Both the position numbers and the translations under genes were made by a program. Under the pieces are notes generated by a model. It searched no databases and was not told the DNA's origin. It worked only from the letters and a program-made list of their open reading frames with translations. From positions 1-46,776 of the IMG/VR virus record IMGVR_UViG_3300025600_000026: a stretch of DNA of 46,776 nt; one strand, 5' to 3'. This DNA is from a virus (taxonomy: Duplodnaviria; Caudoviricetes). Shown piece by piece: positions 19,457 through 28,693 of the stretch (the stretch's first letter is position 1; every line of letters begins with the position of its first letter).

Positions 19457-20676
19457 TGTATAGAGTAGTCACACAGGTTACAATAGTTCAAATCCCGACA
19501 GAGGATTTTCCACAGCGGACAAAAACAATCAGCTTTGATTTTGTTCACGAAATGGAATGTTCTGATACTTGGCGCGATATGACCAACGACGGCAAAATAA
19601 TCATTCCTAAAAATCTATATGTTAGGGATGCGGGTAATAAGCTGATTTCATTGTTTGGGACCAATGTAAATATCGGAGGTTTTTCAAATGCCAATCCTTT
19701 ATTCTTAAGGGGTGATTCGATTACTTTGGATTGGGGATATAAATTCTTTGATAAAGGGAAAGAAATATTCCGTGGCACATTCAATCAGGAAAAAAATAGC
19801 CATTTATTTCAGGGTTTTATTTCAAAAGTTACGTCAAAAAAACCTATTGAACTACACTTTGAAGACAACACTTGGAAATTAAAACAAATCCCTGCCATTA
19901 CCAGAACATTCAAGGCAACCGAAACACTTGAAGATATTTTGAAAATACTCTTGGTTGACTACAATAAAGCAAATCCAAATTATCAGTTTACGGTAAATTC
20001 TTTAACAAGTACAACGCTTGGAGAGTTCAGGACGGGTGACGAAACGGTGGCTGAGGTATTGGCCAGGCTTCGCAAACATTATCATTTTGAAAGCTATTTT
20101 AAAGGAAATGAGTTAAGATGCGGAGCCGTTATTTATATCGAAGGCGAAGCAAATACGCACACTTTTACTTTTCAACAAGATATCATTTCGGACGAACTTG
20201 AATATCAACGCAAAGAAGACACCGTAATCAGTATTGTAGCATCGAACAAGATTGAGGAATTGACCGGGAAAGTAACAAAGGACGGCCACGCTAAAACGAA
20301 ATGCAATCGATTGGAGGTATTAGTCACACTGAGAGGCGGGAGCGATAAGCCGACCGTATTTATTAAGAAAAAAGGCGAAGATTATCCACCAAATACCGGA
20401 GGCGAACGAATGACGCTGCCCTATCCTTTTGCAAAGAATATTACTGAATTAATCAGTTTGGCGACAGCTGAAATAAAAAAGTTTTACTATACCGGATTTA
20501 AGGGCAAATTTGTTACATTTGGATTACCATTTGTCAGGATGGGAGACAATGTAAATTTTATTGATCCTAAATTACCCGAACGAAATGGATTATATAAAGT
20601 TAAAGGCGTTGAATATTCAGGCGGGTTTGATGGACTTCGTCAGACCATCGAGCTTGATTATAAATTAGTTATATGA
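19456..20676 (+). CDS. baseplate hub protein (gpD/Mu gp44-like)
   Basis: FQGFISKV, YTGFKGKFVTFGLP, GLYKVKGV..GLRQTIEL motifs. Confidence 0.8.
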   Translation: MYRVVTQVTIVQIPTEDFPQRTKTISFDFVHEMECSDTWRDMTNDGKIIIPKNLYVRDAGNKLISLFGTNVNIGGFSNANPLFLRGDSITLDWGYKFFDKGKEIFRGTFNQEKNSHLFQGFISKVTSKKPIELHFEDNTWKLKQIPAITRTFKATETLEDILKILLVDYNKANPNYQFTVNSLTSTTLGEFRTGDETVAEVLARLRKHYHFESYFKGNELRCGAVIYIEGEANTHTFTFQQDIISDELEYQRKEDTVISIVASNKIEELTGKVTKDGHAKTKCNRLEVLVTLRGGSDKPTVFIKKKGEDYPPNTGGERMTLPYPFAKNITELISLATAEIKKFYYTGFKGKFVTFGLPFVRMGDNVNFIDPKLPERNGLYKVKGVEYSGGFDGLRQTIELDYKLVI

Positions 20677-21218
20677 GCGATAGAAGCATAAATGAAGCAA
20701 TTAATAAAATGGTCGGTACACATAAGGTCGATCAGGTAAGCTATTGCAATGCCGAAGTTATTAGCGTTAATATTCAAGCCAGAACATGCGACTGTATAGT
20801 AATTGATGGGCAAACAGAATACGATCTTCCGAACGTTCGATTAATGGCCGTTATTGACGATGGGATATTATTTGAGCCGGTTATCGGGTCTACTGTTAAA
20901 GTGATATTTTCGCGATTAGTTGAGCCGTTTGTTTGTCAGTATTCAGAGCTTGAAAATATAACCATTGACGCTGTAACGACAATTAAATTCAATGACGGTT
21001 CGTTTGGTGGGCTATTGAAGATTAAAGAAACGGTTGATAAATTAAACGCTCTGGAAAAGGATTTAAATAACCTTAAAAATGCTTTTAATTCATGGGTAAT
21101 TGTCCCATCAGACGGAGGATTAGCTTTAAAAACAATCACCTCCGCATGGTCTGGACAATCCTTGACTAAAACAAAAATTAACGATCTTGAAAATAAAAAA
21201 GTAAAACATGGGAATTAG
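20673..21218 (+). CDS. baseplate spike/assembly protein (gpV-like)
   Basis: OB-fold-like N-terminus (VRL..PVIGSTV), FNDGSFGGL, ENKKVKHG. Confidence 0.72.
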   Translation: MSDRSINEAINKMVGTHKVDQVSYCNAEVISVNIQARTCDCIVIDGQTEYDLPNVRLMAVIDDGILFEPVIGSTVKVIFSRLVEPFVCQYSELENITIDAVTTIKFNDGSFGGLLKIKETVDKLNALEKDLNNLKNAFNSWVIVPSDGGLALKTITSAWSGQSLTKTKINDLENKKVKHGN

Positions 21219-21510
21219 AACCGATATTTTATTAGAAAACAACGACATTGTAATTTCAAATCACGATGTATTTATGGCCGAATCAGACGATCAGCATATT
21301 GTTGATACGATCAATTCAGCGCCGGGATGGTGGAAAGAAAACTTCACCGAAGGCGTAGGAATTAAAACCTATTTAAAAGCAAAAGGAATACAGCAGGAAT
21401 TGGCCAGGTCAATGAAGTTAAACCTTCAATCGGATGGGTACGACGCAAGGCCAATAGTCACCTATGACACAAACGGATCATTAAAAATACAGACAAATGT
21501 TACAATATAA
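21208..21510 (+). CDS. baseplate wedge/sheath initiator-like protein
   Basis: ESDDQH..PGWWKEN..GVGI motif; position in the baseplate cluster. Confidence 0.65.
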   Translation: MGIRTDILLENNDIVISNHDVFMAESDDQHIVDTINSAPGWWKENFTEGVGIKTYLKAKGIQQELARSMKLNLQSDGYDARPIVTYDTNGSLKIQTNVTI

Positions 21511-22168
21511 ATCGGTTGACAATCAAAATATTTTTGATATTTGCCTAAACACATACGGAACATTGGATTTACTAAATAAATTGATCGAAGATAATAATAT
21601 TGATAACGTCAATGTAAATCCTGCCAGCGGTCAATTATTTGTCTGGGATGAAACATTAACCGCAGATCAGGCAGTAAATCAAATTTCACAAAATGCCGAT
21701 ATTATTTATGCAACGCGATTTTTACCAAACAGCCCCGAATCAACAACGGTACTATCAGGAACAAGCGGTGCAATAGTGGGGGGTGGAAATCCTACCGGCG
21801 GAGAATCTTTGCCTGACGTAGTTATTCCAATTCCAACAGAAACGCGCAAATCTGTTTATATTGGTTTTGTGAGTAATCTAAGCCCGTCGGAGGCGATTAT
21901 TAAAACACTTGAAAATAGGCCGTCTGAAAAATCAAATCAGTCATTTATTTACAATATTGACACGAAACGATATTGTATCGCATATCCGACAACTTGGGGC
22001 GATATTACAAGTGTAAAAGACCAAAGCGGGTTTGAAATAATAAGCGGATTCATAAAGACTGCCGCCAATTTTACCAATTCCGGAATAATCGAAAATTACA
22101 CTATTTACACATTTGCACGGCAAACATCAGTAACCGATTACACAGTAAATTATATCTTTATGCTATGA
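21497..22168 (+). CDS. LysM-like tail X protein with C-terminal extension
   Basis: QNIFDICLNTYG..LIEDN N-terminus. Confidence 0.65.
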   Translation: MLQYKSVDNQNIFDICLNTYGTLDLLNKLIEDNNIDNVNVNPASGQLFVWDETLTADQAVNQISQNADIIYATRFLPNSPESTTVLSGTSGAIVGGGNPTGGESLPDVVIPIPTETRKSVYIGFVSNLSPSEAIIKTLENRPSEKSNQSFIYNIDTKRYCIAYPTTWGDITSVKDQSGFEIISGFIKTAANFTNSGIIENYTIYTFARQTSVTDYTVNYIFML

Positions 22169-23031
22169 CAATAGGAACAGAAGTTTCAATAGGTTTTTAC
22201 CCAAAATCCGAAACGCCCGATTTAGACGAAAGGAAATATAATAATGGTGTTCCGTATGACTCGACCGATGAGGTTCTGGCAAGTATTCCACTAATTTCAC
22301 GCGCTCATTATTTAGAAGTAAATATATCGGGTCATTGGTACTACTTTGAGGCCGACTTAACAACTCTCACACCAAAAGGAACCGGGACAACTGCCGCGTT
22401 TACTGATTTAACAGATTGCCCATCGACGTACGCAGGGGATGCATTGAGCATCCCTACTGTGAATGTATCAGAAAATGGTTTAGAATTCACTGAGACAAAA
22501 GAGGCAGAATTTACTGATTTATCGGATGTGCCTCAGTTGTATACTGGAAGTGGAGGATTATTGGTTAGTGTTAAGGCGGACGAAACAGGGCTTGAATTTA
22601 TACCATTATCGGTTTTCCCTGGGTTTGGAACGACTCATTCTCTGGCTGCTTATGGAGATCACAATCATTCAGGAATATATCAGCCAGTAGGAAGTTACGA
22701 GTTATCGACAAATAAGATTACATCTTTAAATTCAGGTTCGACTGATGCTCAATACCCTTCAGCAAAAGTGGTATATAATAATTTACAATCCGTGATAAGT
22801 TTGATGCCAATTGCAGGTTCATTTTCTCAAACAGTTACAGCAGTTACTACATTTGTCGTAACAATCGGACAAACAATGGCAAATACTACATATAAAGTTT
22901 GCGTAACTCCAACAGACATGTTGGCTGCTGCTGTTTTTTATGTGACAAGTAAATCGACAACTCAATTTACAGTAACATACTTAACGGCCATAACAGGTGC
23001 AGTTACTTTTGATTGGATTATAGTACCATAA
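22165..23031 (+). CDS. tail fiber-like protein
   Basis: Two FTDL.D.P..Y.G...V...E.GLEF repeats; HNH and TDAQYPSAK.VY fiber motifs. Confidence 0.65.
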   Translation: MTIGTEVSIGFYPKSETPDLDERKYNNGVPYDSTDEVLASIPLISRAHYLEVNISGHWYYFEADLTTLTPKGTGTTAAFTDLTDCPSTYAGDALSIPTVNVSENGLEFTETKEAEFTDLSDVPQLYTGSGGLLVSVKADETGLEFIPLSVFPGFGTTHSLAAYGDHNHSGIYQPVGSYELSTNKITSLNSGSTDAQYPSAKVVYNNLQSVISLMPIAGSFSQTVTAVTTFVVTIGQTMANTTYKVCVTPTDMLAAAVFYVTSKSTTQFTVTYLTAITGAVTFDWIIVP

Positions 23032-23041
23032 CTATATTGGA

Positions 23042-24397
23042 ATGAAAATACTAAGAGGAGTATCGGGAAATATATTGACAAGTTTTAGCGGGGGTATAAG
23101 AAAGTTGCTTTATGTTGTCCAACTTGGCGGTTATGGCAGGCTTTATAATTGGTTCTGTACGCAACCACAAATAACTGGTATAAAATACGGGTACTTGTAT
23201 AATTGGTTGGCAGCAACTGATAGTCGAAATATTGCAAATATTGGATTTCATTTATCTACATATCAAGAGTTTGATACCCTTAGTATTTATTTAGGTGGTA
23301 GTTCTGGCGCTGGAATAAAAATGATGGAATCTGGTTCGCTGCATTGGGATACTCCATATTTTTCAGGAACCAATACGAGCAAATTTAACGCATACGGTAC
23401 AGGCCTTAGATCAGCATCAGGGGAGTATGTCAACATAAGACAATCAACCGAATTTATAACATTAGATTTCACATATGCCGTTGCAAATTTTTTCTTTAAT
23501 TGCGCCAAAAATTCTCTAAGCGATTTAGGATCTGGTCGTTCTGTCCGCCTCGTTAAGGACTCTATAACTCTAACTAATGGACAAACAGGAACATATACCG
23601 GAAATGACGGAAGGATTTATAAAACGATTTGCATCGGCACTCAGGAATGGTTATCTGAGAACCTTGCAGAAACCAAATACCGCAATGGTGATTTAATTGC
23701 AAAGGTAACCGACAACACTGCATGGGCGGCATTAACGACAGGTGCTATGTGTGCCTACAACAATGACGAGGCAAACGCATTTGAAACGGCAAGTATTGCT
23801 CCGGTGGGATTTCATGTGCCGAGCGACGCTGAATGGACAACGTTGCTGGATAATATTGATATATATGATTCGTTTGTTCAATATTGGCCTAATGCAGGCG
23901 GATACCTAAAAGAAGTCGGCCTTAACCACTGGATTGACCCGAATACTGGAGCGGTGGATTCTTATGGATTTAAGGCGATAGGATCAGGCAGCAGAGATTC
24001 TGCCGGTTCGTTTATTGATTCGGATTCCGGGAATGATACTATAAAAGACAGATTATATATATGGTCTATGACGGGGGCTGATAATTATGGGGGTGTATTA
24101 AATATGTTTTCTTTTGATTCTTTGGCTGCGATTAGTGTCATGCCAGTCAATTGCGGCAATTCTATTCGCCTAATCAAAGATGATTCTACATGGACGGCAG
24201 GCGACACCGTAACCGACGTAGACGGAAATGTTTACCCATTAATCAAAATAGGCGACATTGTAATCACTGCAAAGAATTGGAAATGTACGAAATTTGCAGA
24301 CGGTACTCCAATCCCTTTAGTCGAAGATAATACAGAATGGAGTTTATTAGAAACACCCGGGCAATGCATTTATGAAAATATTTTATTGAATCTGTAA
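23042..24397 (+). CDS. Fib_succ_major (FISUMP) domain putative adsorption protein
   Basis: Two copies each of YG.LYNW, GFH(L/V), S(V/I)RL(V/I)KD and DG..Y..I.IG. Confidence 0.8.
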   Translation: MKILRGVSGNILTSFSGGIRKLLYVVQLGGYGRLYNWFCTQPQITGIKYGYLYNWLAATDSRNIANIGFHLSTYQEFDTLSIYLGGSSGAGIKMMESGSLHWDTPYFSGTNTSKFNAYGTGLRSASGEYVNIRQSTEFITLDFTYAVANFFFNCAKNSLSDLGSGRSVRLVKDSITLTNGQTGTYTGNDGRIYKTICIGTQEWLSENLAETKYRNGDLIAKVTDNTAWAALTTGAMCAYNNDEANAFETASIAPVGFHVPSDAEWTTLLDNIDIYDSFVQYWPNAGGYLKEVGLNHWIDPNTGAVDSYGFKAIGSGSRDSAGSFIDSDSGNDTIKDRLYIWSMTGADNYGGVLNMFSFDSLAAISVMPVNCGNSIRLIKDDSTWTAGDTVTDVDGNVYPLIKIGDIVITAKNWKCTKFADGTPIPLVEDNTEWSLLETPGQCIYENILLNL

Positions 24398-24435
24398 AAT
24401 ATTGAAATATTTATTAACTTTGAAATAAAAACAAT

Positions 24436-24507
24436 ATGAGCGACACAATCACTTCGATAACCCTTAACTCTGCAACTGATTCTATCATGTTGTGGATAGA
24501 ACCTTAA
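24436..24507 (+). pseudogene. internally deleted remnant of a 6606-like gene
   Basis: MSDTITSITLNSATDSIMLWIEP resembles the 6606 C-terminus; shares a 21-nt upstream sequence. Confidence 0.5.
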
Positions 24508-24510
24508 ATC

Positions 24511-25362
24511 ATGCCAGGAATTAACGGGCTACCAGGTGTTCGAACTATGGTTCAGCAAGGAGCAAATGTGAACCTTACGCCTGAAACAAAAACGTATATT
24601 TCAGGATTGGTGACCCCAATATCCACTGCGCAGAAAAAAAAGATAGATAAGTTAGTTAAAGATCTAAAAACAGGATTAGCGATAACTAATCTGTCTGACT
24701 TTTTTGATGTGTTCTATGTCTTGGCAAATGAAACAGCGGAATTAGGATTAAGAAATTTGGTAAAACGCGCCAATGACGCGACAGCAATTAATAGTCCTTC
24801 ATTTGTTGCATTAGAGGGATTTGCAGGCAATGGAACATCAAGTTATTTAAATTCGAATTACAATCAAAACCTGCATTCCGTTAAGAGTACTCTAAATAGT
24901 ACTTCTATCGGAGTTTATTCAAGATCAAATTTGGCCGGGAATTCAAACTCGGTAGAATTTGGTGCAAGAACAGCGGCTTCATCAAAAGTGAATATGATTC
25001 AGATATTTATAGCTGGGGCGAAGATCGCACAAGGTGTTAATAATGGAGGCGCAGGAGCTTATGGTAATATCCTACCAAACTCTAAGGGTTTGGTTTGCAT
25101 ATCAAGAAATAGTGCCTCAGATACTGTATTATATAAGAATGGGATATATAACGGAATAGATCATTCTGTATCAACATCGTTGTCCGAATATAATATATTT
25201 TTAGGTGCATTAAATCAAGCAAATAGCGCAGTAGGGTTTTCGACCCACCAAATATCTATTGGTTTTATTGGGAAGAATATTGCCACGGATTCACAGGCAC
25301 TGATTATATCAAATTCCATCGAGTCATATATGAATTCTAACGGGAAAGGGGTAATAGCATGA
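24511..25362 (+). CDS. concanavalin/LamG-like putative receptor-binding protein
   Basis: GFAGNGTSSYLNS, ISRN..LYKNG, IFLGALN motifs. Confidence 0.65.
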   Translation: MPGINGLPGVRTMVQQGANVNLTPETKTYISGLVTPISTAQKKKIDKLVKDLKTGLAITNLSDFFDVFYVLANETAELGLRNLVKRANDATAINSPSFVALEGFAGNGTSSYLNSNYNQNLHSVKSTLNSTSIGVYSRSNLAGNSNSVEFGARTAASSKVNMIQIFIAGAKIAQGVNNGGAGAYGNILPNSKGLVCISRNSASDTVLYKNGIYNGIDHSVSTSLSEYNIFLGALNQANSAVGFSTHQISIGFIGKNIATDSQALIISNSIESYMNSNGKGVIA

Positions 25363-25595
25363 AACACATAATTATAAGTGGTACAACAGCAAGCAAAATA
25401 AAAGGGGAACACGGGCAATATTCCGCTATTGATCCAATACCTCTTGGTGACGGAAAATTTCTTATTCCTGAAAATGTTTTAATTGATAAAGATTTGCATG
25501 AAATTGATGGATGGGTTCCTGATTCTGATCCTCGCAAAACAATTGAAGAAATCAAGATTTTATACCCAGACTTTCAAAAAAACGAAATGATTTAG
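25359..25595 (+). CDS. hypothetical protein
   Basis: ATGA-coupled to the upstream gene. Confidence 0.6.
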   Translation: MKHIIISGTTASKIKGEHGQYSAIDPIPLGDGKFLIPENVLIDKDLHEIDGWVPDSDPRKTIEEIKILYPDFQKNEMI

Positions 25596-25657
25596 GTTCG
25601 CCTTTAGGAACTATTCACACATTTTAAAATAAAAACAATTCACCAATATTTAACAAC

Positions 25658-25759
25658 ATGAAAAAAGACAGTAGATTATTTGTCGAAGAAGAAAAACCGC
25701 CAATAGGGCCAGGGCCAACGAATCCGCCAAACCCAGATCCTACTCCGCCATTACCATGA
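25658..25759 (+). CDS. 33-aa proline-rich peptide, not in the ORF track
   Basis: MKKDSRLFVEEEKPPIGPGPTNPPNPDPTPPLP; ATGA overlap with the next gene. Confidence 0.6.
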   Translation: MKKDSRLFVEEEKPPIGPGPTNPPNPDPTPPLP

Positions 25760-26145
25760 GGGGTATAATCCAATTAGTAAAATGGTGGCCTGTTCTGACT
25801 ACGTTTGCCGTAATGATTGGGATGGTCACCATTTTATTTAATGTCAATTTGTATTCATTTATTACTCCTATATTTGGCTGCTCTCTATTCACCTCAATTT
25901 GTTGGTGGTATTTTTCAAAGGCTTTTAAATTCTGTTTCTGGCATAGGTTATTCATTATCAATTTAGCATTAATTTCGCTGATCGTGCTAATCGACAAAAA
26001 TATCTATCATATAGGTTTTATCTTTTATGTCCGTGGCTTAATCTTGCTTTGTTGCTCTACCATCCTTGCATCCGCATCGCTTTATTTTCGATACGGGTGC
26101 TTTGAAAAAAAACTAAAACAAACATTTAATAATCGTTTGAATTGA
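25756..26145 (+). CDS. 4-TM membrane protein
   Basis: Four hydrophobic segments, FKFCFWHR motif. Confidence 0.7.
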   Translation: MRGIIQLVKWWPVLTTFAVMIGMVTILFNVNLYSFITPIFGCSLFTSICWWYFSKAFKFCFWHRLFIINLALISLIVLIDKNIYHIGFIFYVRGLILLCCSTILASASLYFRYGCFEKKLKQTFNNRLN

Positions 26146-26168
26146 TTGAGAATTTAGTAAATTTGTAC

Positions 26169-26251
26169 TATTGATGGTCAGATCAATATAAAATATTCCG
26201 CTTCGGCGGCGACATTACCCGGATAGGCGTCTGACCACGTTTATTCGGGTA
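26169..26251 (+). ncRNA. kissing-loop 5' leader A
   Basis: Hairpin loops GGTCAG (26176-26181) and CTGACC (26231-26236) are complementary; starts 4 nt after the TAAATTTG box. Confidence 0.75.
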
Positions 26252-26266
26252 TTTAAATTTAATGAC

Positions 26267-26749
26267 ATGAAAGAAATACAATTAACACAGGGAAAAGTGG
26301 CATTGGTTGATGATGAAGATTTTGAGAATTTAAATCAATTTAAATGGTATGCGAATAGATGTAGGAGTATTTTTTACGCACACAGGGAAATAAACTCGCA
26401 TCGCGATAATAGAAAAATAATTCATATGCATAGGTGTTTAATTGGCCAGGAAGAAAATATGTTCGTGGACCATATTGATGGAAACGGATTAAATAATCAA
26501 AAATCAAACTTAAGACCATGCACTAACAGGCAGAATTTAATGAATAGGAGACCAAATAAAAATGCATCGTCTGTTTATAAAGGGGTAAATTACTACAAAT
26601 ACCAAAATAAAAAATATATTTCATTCATAAAAACAAATGAGAAGAAAATATATATTGGATCTTTTGATACCGAGATCGAAGCGGCAAAAGCATATGATGA
26701 AAAAGCCAAAGAACACTTTGGAGAATTTGCATGGTTGAATTTCCCGTAA
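26267..26749 (+). CDS. HNH-AP2 endonuclease
   Basis: VDHIDGNGLNNQKSNLR HNH; S.YKGV...IGSF.TE.EAAKAYD..A...FGEFA.LNF AP2 domain. Confidence 0.9.
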   Translation: MKEIQLTQGKVALVDDEDFENLNQFKWYANRCRSIFYAHREINSHRDNRKIIHMHRCLIGQEENMFVDHIDGNGLNNQKSNLRPCTNRQNLMNRRPNKNASSVYKGVNYYKYQNKKYISFIKTNEKKIYIGSFDTEIEAAKAYDEKAKEHFGEFAWLNFP

Positions 26750-26889
26750 AGTTTACTTATGAAAATAGTTAAATTAATTCGTTTTTTTATTGAATAAATA
26801 TTCATACCTTTGAATGTGCAAGAATTAACAAGAATTATGAATGTTAAACAACCTTAAATGAGTAAATTTTGTAATCTAAAATCAGCGCA

Positions 26890-27333
26890 ATGAATGAAAA
26901 TGAATTTTTAGAGACGCAAGTTTCATTGAAGGAATTCTTCACACAGATGATTATATCAAGCGACAAACGTTTTGAAGATCGGTACGAATCACTCGAGAAA
27001 CTGATCAACAAGAACTCCACAGAGGCAAAGGAAGCTGTCAAATCAGCACTGGACGCACAGGAAAAGGCGGTAAATGCAGCGTTGGCAGCGGCGGAAAAGG
27101 CGGTACAGAAAGCCGAGACAGCAGCAGAAAAACGATTTGACAACTTCGCAGAAACATATAATAAAAACCTGGACCGGATTTCGCAAGACCTTAAAAATTT
27201 AAGTGACTACAAAAGTTCAAACAATGGAAAGGATGAAGGCATTCGAAATATAGGGGGCGTTATTACTGGGATAATCGGGATAATCATCGCCATTACTGCG
27301 ATAGTTATGGGGGTACTAGAAAAAAAACCGTAG
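26890..27333 (+). CDS. coiled-coil protein with C-terminal TM (holin-like/lysis accessory)
   Basis: AQEKAVNAALAAAEKAVQKAE coiled coil and C-terminal hydrophobic helix; upstream of the lysin. Confidence 0.6.
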   Translation: MNENEFLETQVSLKEFFTQMIISSDKRFEDRYESLEKLINKNSTEAKEAVKSALDAQEKAVNAALAAAEKAVQKAETAAEKRFDNFAETYNKNLDRISQDLKNLSDYKSSNNGKDEGIRNIGGVITGIIGIIIAITAIVMGVLEKKP

Positions 27334-27361
27334 CTAAAAGGCACACTTAAAAACTAAAACA

Positions 27362-27547
27362 ATGGATTTCTACTCAGTCCAATTACTTAAAATCAATAAC
27401 TCTTGTAATCCGTTACCGTCTGTAAAATTTAGAGATTGTAACGGATACTCAACAACTTGGATGCACTTAACACCGGAATGTATTAAGGCGATTTCTGAAT
27501 ATATGAAAGTCGCAACATTTACAAACGAAGAAATACCGGTAGAATAA
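27362..27547 (+). CDS. hypothetical protein
   Basis: 61 aa ORF with an A-rich start. Confidence 0.5.
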   Translation: MDFYSVQLLKINNSCNPLPSVKFRDCNGYSTTWMHLTPECIKAISEYMKVATFTNEEIPVE

Positions 27548-27596
27548 ACCATGTTAAAATAAATCTACTATCTTTGATAAACTAAAAACGAAAACG

Positions 27597-27851
27597 ATGG
27601 AAAATAAAGAACCAATTTACATTCGAGAATCGGGATTAAGATTTACTCATATTCTCATTAAAAAGGTAGGCAAAATGCATCAATCTCAATTTGAATACGA
27701 CTTTCAACAAATTGAAAAACATTCTATTTTATCCAAGATGATCCCGTGCACATTATTCAGAAAAACAACGGCTGAATGTATTGAATACATTGAATCATTT
27801 TTTAAAACAAAATTAAAAGAATCGGAATATACTATTAAATCAAATATATAA
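27597..27851 (+). CDS. hypothetical protein
   Basis: Own TATCTTTG box at 27569-27576. Confidence 0.6.
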   Translation: MENKEPIYIRESGLRFTHILIKKVGKMHQSQFEYDFQQIEKHSILSKMIPCTLFRKTTAECIEYIESFFKTKLKESEYTIKSNI

Positions 27852-28693
27852 TGGCAGACATTAAACAAGTAATCCCGTTAATCCAAAAGTGGGAAGGCAG
27901 GTTTTCCAATGATGATAATTATTCGGGTGGGGCTACAATGACGAAAGATTCTGTTTATATTTACACGCTGAGCAATCCAACAACGAACGAAATAAGATAT
28001 GTTGGCAAAACATGCAAGTCATTAAAAACAAGGCTAAACGGACATCTGAAAGATAAAAGGAATAATTATAGGTCATGTTGGATTAAATCTTTATTAAATG
28101 ATGGATTAATCCCTAAAATAGAAACGATAGACGTATCAGATAATGACAACTGGCAATTAATGGAAAGGTACTGGATTTCTCAATTTAAAACATGGGGATT
28201 TAAATTAGTTAATTATACCGACGGAGGGGAAAGCCTAAGTGGGTATAAGCACTCAAAAGAGACGCGAGTTAAGTTGTCTAAATCCCAAACAGGCAAAACG
28301 TATAGCGACGAAAGTAAAAATAAAATGAGTAATTCAAGAATCAAATATGAAAAAGAAAATAAAACTGAATTTTCAAAAAGATATGACACCCTAAAGGAGA
28401 CTATTAAAAACAAAAGCGAGGAACAAAAAATCGAACGTAAAAATAAAATGTCGATTAGTATGAAGTTGGCGCATTTAAATATGAATAGCGAAACAAAAAA
28501 ATTAAGGGGTAATAATATAAGTAAATCAAAAGGATTAAGATGCGCGTTAATTGACGCCAATGGTAAAATATTGAAAGAATACAACTCATGCAATATGGCA
28601 TCAAAAGATATTGAAAATATATGTCACGAATCTGTTGTTAAGTCATGCAAATTAAATATACCAATAAATAATTTAATGTTTAAATTTATTTAA
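27851..28693 (+). CDS. GIY-YIG/NUMOD3 homing endonuclease fused to a GH108 lysin N-terminal remnant
   Basis: aa1-30 MADIKQVIPLIQKWEG..ND...GGATM; then YIY.L...IRYVGKT..RL..H, E.YWI, N.T.GG and KHSKETRVKLSKSQTG. Confidence 0.85.
   Translation: MADIKQVIPLIQKWEGRFSNDDNYSGGATMTKDSVYIYTLSNPTTNEIRYVGKTCKSLKTRLNGHLKDKRNNYRSCWIKSLLNDGLIPKIETIDVSDNDNWQLMERYWISQFKTWGFKLVNYTDGGESLSGYKHSKETRVKLSKSQTGKTYSDESKNKMSNSRIKYEKENKTEFSKRYDTLKETIKNKSEEQKIERKNKMSISMKLAHLNMNSETKKLRGNNISKSKGLRCALIDANGKILKEYNSCNMASKDIENICHESVVKSCKLNIPINNLMFKFI

Noticed and set aside
23042-24397. Diversity-generating retroelement targeting the Fib_succ_major protein
   Set aside because: No reverse transcriptase ORF, and no template/variable repeat pair differing only at adenines, in the window
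27851-28693. Group I intron or intein in the lysin gene
   Set aside because: No downstream GH108 exon, no non-coding intron core, and no intein C/S...HN termini
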